Positions 32,684 to 44,252 of a stretch of 64,000 bases of DNA are shown in pieces. The stretch's first letter is position 1. Each line of letters opens with the position of its first letter. The translations under genes and the position numbers were made by a program. The notes beneath the pieces were generated by a model. It was not told where the DNA came from. It made no database searches and saw only the letters and a program-made list of their open reading frames with translations. Source of the stretch: Flectonema sp. DT1601 (Eukaryota); the NCBI GenBank assembly GCA_964019425.1, contig OZ025789.1, forward strand, positions 558,001 through 622,000. Reading direction: 5' to 3'.

Positions 32684-34524
32684 CTTAATTTATAACTAGA
32701 AGGAAGGAAAGGTATTCGAAAAGCAAAAAAAAAAAAGAAACCCATTTTTCTAAACTAGCCATTTTTAAATTAGGAGAATCATTGCAGCAATTTTAGGTTT
32801 CCTTCCCCCTTTTTTTTTTTTTTTTTTTAAAAAAGGTTTTTTAGATTTGTGACGAGCAAGGGGAAAAAAAAAAAAAAAAAAAAATTCTAATGATGTGTGT
32901 CCATACTGCTCCCTTTTCTCCAATTCCCCTATTTTCCTTATATTATATTATGTTTTCTTCCACAGTTGTTGCGGTTTTGGTCGACTCTTCCCCCGCTCGT
33001 TCTTGTGTCCTAATCTTAAATAATATCCCTTCACTTGGGTATGGCATCTGACAAAAGAAATGCTTGTCCCACAGATACAGATAATTATTGTTTTCTTTTT
33101 TATTTTTTAAGTTTCTTTTCCCTCAACGCAATCAATAATGTCACGGGCAGCGTTGACCGAAGCCGATGATTTGACTATCTGTTTGCGTGCAAAAAAAAAG
33201 ATATTGATTTGGTGCTTTTCTTTTCCCTTTTCTATTGTTCCTTGTTTTTAAATTGTTTCTCCAATGTAGTAATTGCACTGTGTGTATCTTGTTCAAAAAA
33301 AATAGCTGGTCAAAAGTGTGGAGCAAAAAATATTTTTGCTCCATATATTCCATGAGAGTCATGCTGTTAATATTGTTTTAGCTAATGGAAATCAATTTAA
33401 AAATCAAAAAAAAAAAAAAAAACCTCAAACAATCGTTTACAAGTAAAATGCTTTTTTTCCTCAGCTTATTCTTTTCTTTCTCCCAACTTATTATTATCAT
33501 TCTTTTTCTTTCTCTTTTCTTTCTCTTGTTTACAGCAAGACTTCCACGACTCATGACAAAGTGTGCGTGAGGAATACAATAGAGTGTCGCTACAATAGCT
33601 TTAATGCTAAGGCTCACATGACTGGTGCCCCATACTCTGAAATCTATTCTCGATTTGTGCGGTAAGAGTAGTTGTTTCCCCTTTTTTTGCACATGGCTGA
33701 TATTTTTGCTCGAGTTAATAAAAAAAAAAAAAAAAAAAAGGAATGCTAATTTGCACACGTCAAACCCTTGGATCTATGTCTGAGTCGGCGTTTCTTTTTT
33801 TTCGTGAACAGTAGCACCACGAATTTTCTGACCACTAATTCTGTAGTTTATTTAGAGGCAAAACAAAAAAAAAAAAAGAAATGAATTGAAATAGAAGAAA
33901 GAATAAAAAACACAAAAAAATAATTATTTGGATTCTCTTGTTGTCTTTCTTAGTTTTCTCGGAGATTTCTCTACCTTATCAATTCCTGTCCAATAATAAT
34001 AATAAAAAAAAAATAAAAGTTGTCGAAAACCCAGATTTTTGGATTTTTGGTATTCATGATGAATACCTAACAGAAATCGCGCGCTCGGTTAATAAAAAAA
34101 GAAAAGAAAAACGAATCTTTTCCCCCCTTTTTTTTCTCCCCTTAAAAACACTTCTTATCACACTTCCTGAACGAACTTGGAGGATTCTTCTGTTTCCTAG
34201 TTCGTTTAAGCCACCAGGCACTCTGTCTTCTAGAAGGCAGATCAGCAAGTACCAAAACAGTGAATTCAGTTCCTGGGTTTCTCCTTACCTCTAAAACCAT
34301 TCATTATGCGATAAAGAAGGGTCGAGGTAGTATAGCGGGTGGGGGGAATATGACTTATTATGCCTTGTTTCAGAGGGAGCCATAATACTTTTTTTTTTTC
34401 ATAACTACCTGTGCACTGTACGGGAGCAATGCTTCTGATAGTGCTTATTTGTTTTCGTAATGTTGCACTGTGTGGTAAATGAGGTAAGTAGTAATAACAT
34501 GGAAAAATTGTTTCTTCTTTTTTT

Positions 34525-34555
<31 letters not shown>

Positions 34556-36627
34556 GGATTCATGGTTGTAGTGATTATAACACACGTGGGGTGTATGGGC
34601 TCTTTTCTTTTTTTTCTTTCAAAAAAGTGCCCTTTTTGCATTAAGAGAGCCTATATATATAAATATATTTTCTTTTGTACCGAACATACCCTCTGTTGTT
34701 TATAATGTATATCCCATACGTAACGATAACAGGATGGGGGGAATAAAAGAGTAGGGGCAATGCGCGATTTTTTTTTTTTGATGAGCCCATGGTCAAAGGA
34801 CTGTTACTGTGTTTCAATCTTTAGCTGTTTATTTCGCCGCAACCATGATTTATTATTGTTATTGTTATTGTTTTTTTTTTTTTTTTTTTTTTTGGTTTTT
34901 TTTAAATCTGAAAAAACATGTTTGTCTCTTTCCAACAGAACGTTTGAATGCAGACTCGGCACTCTCTCAGAATAGCTCGCCCGCCATCCGTAGTTTTTGG
35001 TTTTTCTGGACTAAATATCAGCAGACAGTGAGGGGATTCCTTTTGTTATTGCGAGAGGCGTTTCTTTTTTTACTTTTTTTTGTTTGAGTAAGTTTATCGG
35101 TGATTCGCACACGGCAATCCCTTTCCCCGTTTATCTTTTTGCCTATGTGAGCAGTACCCCTTTAGTTCGACTGCATCGTTAATTCTAGTATTCAAAATTA
35201 GTTAACATTTTGATACAGTACAATATATTTATATCTTTATAAATATGCTCAAAAAACCCCCGTATTTTTTTTCCAAATTTCTAGCAACGATTTTTGGATA
35301 GTTAATACGAGCATTCTTTTTATGGTATTGAAAAAAAAAAAATGAGTATATTTTTTTTGCCTTTAGAATTTTAGCTACCTACTTCACACGGAAACTAACC
35401 GAAAACACCTCTATTACGTTATTTCTAAAGTATTTTTAACTTTTAGCTTATTACTGTTTTTCTACATTGCCAACAGTTTCATTCCCAGTCCCTACTGTCT
35501 CAAATGCTGTCTGAAGCCACCTGTTTTCATTTCCCCCGTTCCTTTCTTTTTATTTTTTAAATTTATTTATTTACTTATTTTTTGTGTTCGTTTTGTGTTC
35601 TTTTTTTTATTTTATCTTTTCAAAAATTCTTTTTTTTAGGAAAATCTTTTTCCTGCTTTGGACGGGAACTCTCTTTTATTAACGGAAAAGAGATGGAACG
35701 GGTTTTCAAAAATAATGATTAATTATATGCTAGGAGCATCTTACCACATCTAAGGATGGCAACAGGCGTGCAAATTGCCCAATAGCTACGAATTTAGCTG
35801 AGGCAGCGAAAGAAGAATAGGTAACTTCAAGTGCTTTTGCATTATGAAGATTACAAATAGATGGTTTTTTTTAGTTTATGTTAAACATAAATTTAAAAAA
35901 AAAAGGGAAGGAAAACGAGGTGTCTGGTAAGTGTTTTGTGAGTCTTTAAGAATTAAATATATCAAGGGAGGGTTGATAATGGAGATTAATGGGGGGTGAG
36001 GCCCCTCATTCCCTCTATCGTGTGTTTTTTATTTTTATTTTTATTTTATATTTTATGTTCTCCTCTTTTTTCTTCGTTTCCCGCTATTTTTATCGCGAGC
36101 AATAAAAAATAAAATAAAAAAAACTTTGCATTCTTTGTTAAGTATTACTGTCAACTGAATTCCTGCTCCCAATCAAATCAAAGGAGTGGAACCCCACAAG
36201 ACTAGTATTACGGAATACTTGCGAAGTATAGTTGTTGTAGTACCGCAGCACACATTTGCACACGAACGATATTATCTTTATAACACTGGGTTTCCCGTTC
36301 CCTCTTCCCCTTCCCCATCGCTTTCTGTTTGAGTGCCCATTTCCCTCCAGCTTCTTATTCTCATCCGTTATGCTTGAAAAAACACGTTGGGAATGAAAGT
36401 TGCAAAAGTAAATTATACTCTCTTATTCATCTGCAGGTATTAACTTATTGTGTTTGACATACACGTTAGATACTATAGAGCGATATGACACGGATTGAAG
36501 ATAACGTCCCAGAGCAACACCACGGGAATACAAAGTACGAGAAAAAAAAACCTACCATTCTTTGTGTTATTAATTTAAACATTTTTTATTTTTTTTTAAA
36601 TTTTTTTAAAAAGGTATTAAACAAAAT

Positions 36628-38592
36628 ATGTTACTAAGAGGGAGAAGTCTTATAAAAAATGTACGATTTATCAGAAACTTTGACAAAGATGTGGCAGAAG
36701 AAGCGTTGGTACTGAGGAAAGAAATTCACGAGATCATTGACGAAGCTGAGTCGCTTGGGTCAGAACAGCGTGATGAAATACTTCTATATGAACCAAAACC
36801 TTTATGGATTCTACGGGATGGTGAAAAGGATCATCGAGATGGAATGTCAATGAGAAATTATTGGCAAGCCCAAATGTGGGGAATTCCAAACGAGATGAGA
36901 CCAAAACTTGGATTCCTTCAAAGAGGAAGATTAACTTTATTAAATAACCTCCTCGACACAATTTATGACACTGACTACACCGGTATGTCTGGAACACAAT
37001 ACACTGATGAACTTTTTAAATTGAAATCAGAACCGATGCTTAGACCAAGAATCCCATCGTTTCTAAACCCACAATTCGGCAGATGCGTATTAAACTATAT
37101 GTTAACTCAAATGAGAAAACTTGGAACAACCAGACTAATCATTTATGAACTATCTGGACATAACGGACAAACCGCTCTAGCAATACTAGACATTTTGGAA
37201 GAAGAATATCCTGAACTCTACGAAACGTGTGAATACCATATGATTGACGTTCTTGGCATCTGGATGACCCACAGAGATGCCCACATAAAAGCACATCACT
37301 TTGATCATTATTTCGAACATCACATCTCTTTCTTTGATTGGGACGTTTTAGTCAGTGATAGAGTCTTCTTTCTAATGCTTGAGATTGCTTCTTATTTACC
37401 ACAAGACAGAATTGATCTCAGACCGAAAAGTCGTGTTGAAGAAATGCCTTTAATATACCAATCAGGAATAGTAGAACGCTACCAGTGGGATGATCGATTT
37501 CACTCTGATCCTAATTGCAGTAGGCTTGATGAGGACCTAACAGTTCATAAGTTACTCGACGATGAGCTCATTCTTGAATTTTTAAAACACGTTGATCATG
37601 ATGGACTTTTCACCCAAGACAGACTCCAGCAACATCTCTATGAAAACATTTCTGAAAAAAGAAATGTTCCTTCTCATGAAAAGACATTCATGGACTGCAA
37701 TGAAGACTGTTGGTTTACAGGTCCGGACAGATACAGAGCTAGGTTGGGTTTTTTAAATCACAGATTCTGGATTCCTTCCTCATTAGTATCAGTTTTTCAT
37801 AAATTAAGAGACTATTTCCCAAGACACAACCTAGTAATGCTTGACCAATCAGGTAGACACACGTATATTCAAGGCATTAGCGCACCATCATATGCGCAGT
37901 ACGCATTCGGTAAAATTTGGGATGTGGACTGCATCAATCCATTAGACACCTCATTTGGTACGAATGAGATGAGGGGAAATTTACAATTTGATCATGTGCG
38001 TAAAACTTATTATGGAATGATGGAGTTACCTCCTGAGCATCCTTTGCATTTGTCTTGTCGTAGGTTGGAAGATTTCTTTATAAAGTATGGATCTGATGAG
38101 TTGAGAGATAGTCTGACAGTTCCTGGCATTTCTGGTGATCAACCACTTCATCAATTTACAGGAGCACGTCTGCTATGCGCAGAGTACGGTGGTAACATAA
38201 ATGACATTCAAGACTCTCCATTAAACGCAGCTAGTTATCAATTACATGGAAGACATACTGCAATGAAATACATGACACGAGTATTCAACATGTTTGGTAC
38301 TGGACGATATGAAGATGCTCCTTATTCGTTTGCTCCTCTTTCTGATTGTGAAACAGTCAATGAACAACTTGTAGATCCAACTCCTGTCTTGTCAGCCATA
38401 GGAACAGATCCAACCCCAGCACAGCTTGATGTTCCGACTGGGTATAAAGTTCGTATTGAAAGACAAAAACAAGCGGCAATCGATTTTAGAAAAGCACAAA
38501 ACGCACCAAAGCTCCAAGACCAAACTAATTCTGATCAAAAAGAATACCTAACAGTGGAAGGAGGAGTACCGATTGTTGAAAAGATTCTGTGA
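36628..38592 (+). CDS. Probable mitochondrial MidA/NDUFAF7-like SAM-methyltransferase-fold protein, degenerate (654 aa)
   Basis: Presequence-like MLLRGRSLIKNVRF. The segment PSFLNPQFGRCVLNY...LIIYELSGHNGQTALAILD...PELYETCEYHMIDV...SFFDW...FFLMLEIASYLPQD parallels MidA-family motifs. Confidence 0.62.
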   Translation: MLLRGRSLIKNVRFIRNFDKDVAEEALVLRKEIHEIIDEAESLGSEQRDEILLYEPKPLWILRDGEKDHRDGMSMRNYWQAQMWGIPNEMRPKLGFLQRGRLTLLNNLLDTIYDTDYTGMSGTQYTDELFKLKSEPMLRPRIPSFLNPQFGRCVLNYMLTQMRKLGTTRLIIYELSGHNGQTALAILDILEEEYPELYETCEYHMIDVLGIWMTHRDAHIKAHHFDHYFEHHISFFDWDVLVSDRVFFLMLEIASYLPQDRIDLRPKSRVEEMPLIYQSGIVERYQWDDRFHSDPNCSRLDEDLTVHKLLDDELILEFLKHVDHDGLFTQDRLQQHLYENISEKRNVPSHEKTFMDCNEDCWFTGPDRYRARLGFLNHRFWIPSSLVSVFHKLRDYFPRHNLVMLDQSGRHTYIQGISAPSYAQYAFGKIWDVDCINPLDTSFGTNEMRGNLQFDHVRKTYYGMMELPPEHPLHLSCRRLEDFFIKYGSDELRDSLTVPGISGDQPLHQFTGARLLCAEYGGNINDIQDSPLNAASYQLHGRHTAMKYMTRVFNMFGTGRYEDAPYSFAPLSDCETVNEQLVDPTPVLSAIGTDPTPAQLDVPTGYKVRIERQKQAAIDFRKAQNAPKLQDQTNSDQKEYLTVEGGVPIVEKIL

Positions 38593-38681
38593 AATATCTG
38601 AGCTTTTGTATTTCTCAACAAGGTGTTAACTGTGTTCCTTCATGTGTTTAAATTATCTAATTTCCTCAACAGAATACTTAA

Positions 38682-39242
38682 ATGTCATCCTTCAATAAGC
38701 AATGGACTATCGAAGAAGTAAAGGACGCCTGCGTCGATAAACAAATTTGGATGGTGATCCGAGGTCTTGTGTACGACTTAACAGATTTTAAACACCCAGG
38801 AGGACGAGGAATCCTACGAAAATACCGCGGAAAGGACGCTACTGCCGCTTTTAATGCTTATCATAAATATATAAATTTAGATATGGTTAATAATCTTGTA
38901 AGGGGAAAACTTAAAACTGAAGTTGTAAAGTTGAAGGGTGGCATAGCGGATGAAACGGCGGAAATCAGATCGTCGCTCTCAAAGATGGGAATCACTGCGG
39001 ATGAGTTATCAGATCAAGAAATTATTACTCAACAAAAACAACAACAGACTGACACATCAGATGACGAGTACATTGCTGAAGTGTTTAATAGCATTGCCGA
39101 TCCCGCAACACAAACTATTCTTCCACCAGCACTTCGTTCTTTCTTAGAGGAATTGGGAGCTAAACTTTCAACCATAGACTTGCTAGTGTCTGATACACCA
39201 ATTAAGCAAAGTGAGTTTAGAGTTCTGGTTGAGAATTTGTAA
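38682..39242 (+). CDS. Cytochrome b5-like heme-binding domain protein (186 aa)
   Basis: WTIEEV, WMVIRGLVYDLTDFKHPGG, GKDATAAFNAYH (both heme-ligand His present). Confidence 0.9.
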   Translation: MSSFNKQWTIEEVKDACVDKQIWMVIRGLVYDLTDFKHPGGRGILRKYRGKDATAAFNAYHKYINLDMVNNLVRGKLKTEVVKLKGGIADETAEIRSSLSKMGITADELSDQEIITQQKQQQTDTSDDEYIAEVFNSIADPATQTILPPALRSFLEELGAKLSTIDLLVSDTPIKQSEFRVLVENL

Positions 39243-39515
39243 TACATTTTTTTTTTCAGAATCTTTGTTTCGTGAATTAGACAACAAGGTGTCTCTCACA
39301 GATACCAACCCTTGTCGATAGCAGTCGTTAATCGTTTGTGGGTTATAATTTCCCTTCTTTTTCAGGTGTTGAATTTATGGTCCGATTTCTGTTTTAATTA
39401 GCACTACTTGAGGGTGATTTTTTTTTTCGTTTCTTTTTTTTTTTTTTTTTGTTCTCCATAAAAAAGAACAACCATTCAAACCACAACTAATTTTAGTAAA
39501 AGAAGTTGGTAAATA

Positions 39516-41255
39516 ATGAGCGGCCGTGCCGCGCGAGAAAAAGAGCGAAAGTCTAGACAAGAACGTGTGGAAAAGCGTCAGAGAGAAGAACTTCACAGAA
39601 TTGTGCTCAGATGGTGGAAGGGAAGGAATATTATAAAAAAAGTATGGAACGACCTGGTAGGTCGAGTAAACATGAAAAAGGTACTCCTCGGTCAGGGAAT
39701 GGACCTATCTGGGAGAGAAGTCCTAAACTTATGTACCGCCTACAAAATACTTCAATACAATAAAAGAAGTGATAAGAGCGACGACTTGATGAAAATATTA
39801 AATTGTTCAATTCAAAAGCAAGAAACAGATTCTTTTCTTCACTATCACAACATCAGCGAGCAATGGCTTCCCAGTTGCACCAATGCTTTAAATGGTATAC
39901 TTGGCTCATTGTTGGAAAAGAAGAGAAATGCAACTGAAATCGATTTCACGTTAGCATTCGCAACTAAGTTGTTATCACCACTTCCCTGGAAGAAAGCGGG
40001 TGTTACTTCAAATAAACAGTTTTTAGATTCCCTCTCGTATGAGTTGCTGCTGCTGTCTGCTGATGTTAATTCGGGAGCACCTGTTTCGCTAATCACGTGT
40101 AAGGCTGCTGTGTTCTCATCGTTGTATAAACCTGCAGTCTTCTTGGCAGAATTCTTGTCTCGACCACCTGTTGAATTGGAAATGCTGAAACAGCATATCG
40201 TTACTTCAAAAATAACATTCTCACATCCGTTTTGGATAAAACTGCTCTCTTGCTCATCTGACTTAGATTCAGGGATAGATGACGATGATGGTGAGGCATA
40301 TATCAACCCAGAGTGTGCAATATTCACGGTATGCTCGTTGTACAAGTTAGCAGTTGCTACGTTGGTTATGACTCGTCTTGTCTTAAAGTCTGAAGAAACA
40401 TCGTTTCCAGAAAGCTTTTATGAACTTTTGAACATCTTTTTCTCTCGTTTTCCCCCTCGTTCGATTTTGAATAAGTTGTTTACGGAGCATCCTGATGTTG
40501 AAAAAGCTCTTCTTGAGATGAGAGGAAATCCAAAAGTAAAGTCAAAGTATGATTTATTTTACGCAAAAACCTTAGAAGAGAATCCTCCACCACTGTCAAA
40601 GGCTGAGCGAAGAAGACGTCAGAAAAAACGACGAGAACAGAGAGAACGACAAAACGTCAAAGACCGTCAACAAGCTAAAGAAGTTATGCAGCGACAGCAA
40701 AAACAAGAAAGTGTTGAAGCAAAGGCTAAAGAAGTAATAAGGAAACAACGTATCGAGCAAATAGCTGAGTTCTGGTCAATAGCTGTAGTCGAGCGTGACG
40801 AGATAGAAGCCGAGGAAAATGAATTATTTCGAAAAATAAATGAAAGCGCTTCGGGATTAAAATCTGAAATAAATCGAATAAGAAAAGCCGACAATGATAG
40901 ACGAATGCAGCGTCTTAATTGTATGGAGTTGGAATATCGTAAAAGAATAAAATTTCTCGATCATCAAGATGCTGTTTGGGAATCAATTTTAACTTCTCAT
41001 GTAAAAAACACAACTAAAATCTATCGAAATCGATCGAAGCTTCAAAAGATTGAACCGGCTGAATCCTCAACCCGTTTGATGATAATTTCCTCACAAACTG
41101 ATGAAGTAGAACACCTCATTCTACAACAACAACTTACCTGTCGTAGAATTATTATTATGAACGAGATGCGAGTTCGTGCAATGCTCCTAACTGAAATAAT
41201 AGACACCTACTTCTGGTTGCCTTTCAGTAACTTGTTGATCAAGGAAGTTATATAG
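39516..41255 (+). CDS. Hypothetical protein with IQ-like N-terminal motif and coiled-coil C-terminal half (579 aa)
   Basis: Long open frame on the coding strand. RQER...IVLRWWKGR is IQ-like; R/E/Q-rich helical region. No confident family. Confidence 0.7.
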   Translation: MSGRAAREKERKSRQERVEKRQREELHRIVLRWWKGRNIIKKVWNDLVGRVNMKKVLLGQGMDLSGREVLNLCTAYKILQYNKRSDKSDDLMKILNCSIQKQETDSFLHYHNISEQWLPSCTNALNGILGSLLEKKRNATEIDFTLAFATKLLSPLPWKKAGVTSNKQFLDSLSYELLLLSADVNSGAPVSLITCKAAVFSSLYKPAVFLAEFLSRPPVELEMLKQHIVTSKITFSHPFWIKLLSCSSDLDSGIDDDDGEAYINPECAIFTVCSLYKLAVATLVMTRLVLKSEETSFPESFYELLNIFFSRFPPRSILNKLFTEHPDVEKALLEMRGNPKVKSKYDLFYAKTLEENPPPLSKAERRRRQKKRREQRERQNVKDRQQAKEVMQRQQKQESVEAKAKEVIRKQRIEQIAEFWSIAVVERDEIEAEENELFRKINESASGLKSEINRIRKADNDRRMQRLNCMELEYRKRIKFLDHQDAVWESILTSHVKNTTKIYRNRSKLQKIEPAESSTRLMIISSQTDEVEHLILQQQLTCRRIIIMNEMRVRAMLLTEIIDTYFWLPFSNLLIKEVI

Positions 41256-41373
41256 CAATGCATCGCCTTAATACCAACTTACTGAGGTAGGTAATCCTAC
41301 CCTTATAGTGTGTTTGTGGAGTTGGGATTTCTTAATTCTTTTTTATTATTTTCAAACAGTTGTTTTCTCTATA

Positions 41374-41704
41374 ATGCCTGCTACGGAACATCAATTTCAC
41401 AGTGGACTTGGACACAAGTTTGACATGGCGTGTACAAAAGGATTTGAATACAGGTATGTAGATTCTATTTTTATGCCGACGAAGTCGGAGATGAAACTAT
41501 TCAGATTGATAGTCACTAGTAGCGTACTTATCAAAACACAGACTCTACCCAAGTGGAAGTCTTTGGGTTGACTGTGTAGAAGCTGGATCAGAAGGTCGTC
41601 ACCACTACGGTAAAGCAGCGAGCAACATCAACTACGATGATGAGACTGCAGCTAAAAGAACAGCAAATTCGTATTGTAAATCAAAAATGAAAGGATGGTC
41701 TTGA
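41374..41704 (+). CDS. Putative small spliced gene, join(41374..41453,41542..41704), 80 aa, unknown function
   Basis: Upstream tcaaacag ends at 41359. Donor AG|gtatgt at 41454 is the same hexamer as both CPT1 introns; acceptor aaaacacag ends at 41541. The spliced frame stays open to TGA at 41702-41704. Confidence 0.55.
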
Positions 41705-41948
41705 AAGTACCCCCTCCTCCCAACCTGTAACAGAATCTAGTTAGAATCCAGCTGTCCGACATCTGTGTAACACAAAAAAGTATTTTACACGACAACAACA
41801 ACACACTTTGTGATCGTAACGTTGATATTTACACAAATCGATTTTAATAAACGAGATTGACAGCTGAACAATATGTTTTATGTTGAAGTTTTTGACATTC
41901 ATGAATCACTTAATTGTTATCTCCCCTCCCTTACTCAGATCCCACACA

Positions 41949-44252
41949 ATGAACCCTGCTATATATGTGGTACTGGGATTAATCCCATCGGTGATAGCAG
42001 CAGCTGTCGTGATATATTTAATAAATAGAAGGTGGTTAAAGCGATATGAGAATAGTATAAACCAAGTAATCAAAGTTATTGATTGCACTGCGAAGCTGTT
42101 GTTTGATGAGGCGGAATCTGAAGTAATTAAAATAAGTGATTACAAACACCAGAATAAACTATCCATAGCTATTGAGTTGATAAAAGATCGAATGGCTTTC
42201 CTACCTGAAGTGGTGTTGGAACCGAATTCAGATCTTATTCTTGGTTATCGTGATAATCCGCTGGATACGCAATCTCAAGCAGGAGACCACCTGGGTGTTC
42301 ATCGAAGCAACGGTTTAGTTAGTAAAGATGTGCTTTCACTTTGTATCAGGTTAATTGATACGACTTCTTACGATGAAACCGAATCATCGGATTTCATAAA
42401 AACGATATTTCAACATGTTAGATCAGCAGGTGGATCTATTCAGCACTATGAACCTGGAGTCGTACTCATCACGTTTGGAGCGACTGCTTGGTTGTCCAAT
42501 CCAGTTGAAGCTGCTTTGCAATTATCAAAAAATATCATCTCAAGCATGGGTAAGAAATACCAACTACAATGTTTAATCACGAGTGGTATTTGTCTAGTTG
42601 GAGTACTGTATATTACTGATGAGGGAAATCCTCGAAAAACTTTCAGCGTGTCAGGACAATCCATCGAATCTGCTCGCAGTATAATATATCAAAAACCCTG
42701 TTCTATAACTGTACTCAGTCATGAAGCATCTGTTCATAAATTTAAGCAAGCAGCTCAACTAAAACTTGTTGAACATTGGGAATCAACAAGCGGAGAAAGA
42801 CTCTACGAAGTAATCATTGGTGGTAACGTAGCCGGTAATGAATCCGGTATTAGTAGTTTTAGAATATCAATGAGTGGTGCTCACAGTCATATCAGTTTGA
42901 ATCCTGAAGAAGGATATCACGCAGCAGCAGACGTTGACAGTGAACTGCCAGCCAATGAAGAAAACAGACTGCTATCAGCAGCAGTTGCTGGAAGTGTTAC
43001 CAGCAAACAGTCGATTTCAAAGGTTCCAAGCTCATCGATTGATAGCGAACAACCCCCTGAAGAAGGTCAAAATCGACGTAGCCTTACCAGCTACACCGGA
43101 GTCACTAGACTAGAACCACAGAGAATGAGACCTTGTAATGATGTTGCTATACCACTTCCTCCTGAGGGTGGGAAAGGTGACTTGGTAGAACAGGCATCTC
43201 AACACTTTCAAATGGGTGATTGGACCACGTCGGAGATTCTACTACAACAAGCAATTCAAAACCTTGGCTCTGGAGCACGTGAAACAGGCTCTTTAAGAGT
43301 AAGAGACATTCTTCATGGACTGGCCATGATTCATGAGTCGCAAGGTGATTGGGGAGCATCACATCCAATAAGAGAAGAACTACTAACTCTTGAAAAAAAA
43401 AGACATCCAAGAAAGTCGACAAACTCTCATGCGTATGCATACCTTCAAGCTGGTGTTGCTTGTGAAAAACTATTCAAGTTAACACAATCAGTCAAACATC
43501 ACCAAGACGCAATGGATATATACGAATCCCTCGGTAACATAAAGGGAAACGTCTCTGCTAAAATAAATCAAGGAGCAGCGTTTGTTAAAATGGGAATGTT
43601 GAACAAAGCCTATCCACAGTTAGTAAACGCGTTGGAATTATTAAAGAATACACCAGATAATACACAGCTTGCGGAGGTATTACGATTAATGCATTTGGTA
43701 AGTGTAAGACGTGGTGATGGAATTAGAGCAAGACAGTACATGGAAGAAAGCTTAGCAACATGCTGCATCATCCTGCCAGACCAACCTAATGAAATAAGTA
43801 GGGCGATTTCACAGGCTCAGACGATGGCGAACTTTTGTGGTGATTTTAATAAAGCTGCTTCGATTCTAAGATCTATTCGTGTTGACAGTAACTTGGAAGA
43901 TCACATTACTGCTTATCTTATTTGTCTTGAGGCATCGTATTTCGTGTCATCAAATCGACTTCGAGAAGCCCTCAACCTCTACATGGAAGCCTTACCCATC
44001 CGACGTCGGTCAATTCAAGCTACCAACCATCCTCTCATTATTCAGGTACTTATTAGTATTTCTCATGTTTTCTTGGCACTCGGAGACCTGCATTCCGCTG
44101 AAGTGCAGTTGAATGATATTCTTGGTTGTCCTCCGTATCCAAAAATTACAGAACAAACCGCAACAGAGCAAACAACTTCAATAAATCAGCTACAGGCACT
44201 TATTAGAATAGCAAAAGGATCAGTGACAGCATTACCTGCTGTGGCTCCGTGA
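41949..44252 (+). CDS. Single-TM protein with highly degenerate cyclase-like domain and C-terminal TPR repeats (~767 aa)
   Basis: ATG at 41949 after ttactcag. N-terminal TM (IYVVLGLIPSVIAAAVVIYLI), FLPEVV linker, weakly cyclase-like GGSIQHYEPGVVLITFGA...ITSGICLVG...FSVSG, and TPR-like ILHGLAMIHESQGDW and EALNLYMEALPIRRR. Confidence 0.7.
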   Translation: MNPAIYVVLGLIPSVIAAAVVIYLINRRWLKRYENSINQVIKVIDCTAKLLFDEAESEVIKISDYKHQNKLSIAIELIKDRMAFLPEVVLEPNSDLILGYRDNPLDTQSQAGDHLGVHRSNGLVSKDVLSLCIRLIDTTSYDETESSDFIKTIFQHVRSAGGSIQHYEPGVVLITFGATAWLSNPVEAALQLSKNIISSMGKKYQLQCLITSGICLVGVLYITDEGNPRKTFSVSGQSIESARSIIYQKPCSITVLSHEASVHKFKQAAQLKLVEHWESTSGERLYEVIIGGNVAGNESGISSFRISMSGAHSHISLNPEEGYHAAADVDSELPANEENRLLSAAVAGSVTSKQSISKVPSSSIDSEQPPEEGQNRRSLTSYTGVTRLEPQRMRPCNDVAIPLPPEGGKGDLVEQASQHFQMGDWTTSEILLQQAIQNLGSGARETGSLRVRDILHGLAMIHESQGDWGASHPIREELLTLEKKRHPRKSTNSHAYAYLQAGVACEKLFKLTQSVKHHQDAMDIYESLGNIKGNVSAKINQGAAFVKMGMLNKAYPQLVNALELLKNTPDNTQLAEVLRLMHLVSVRRGDGIRARQYMEESLATCCIILPDQPNEISRAISQAQTMANFCGDFNKAASILRSIRVDSNLEDHITAYLICLEASYFVSSNRLREALNLYMEALPIRRRSIQATNHPLIIQVLISISHVFLALGDLHSAEVQLNDILGCPPYPKITEQTATEQTTSINQLQALIRIAKGSVTALPAVAP

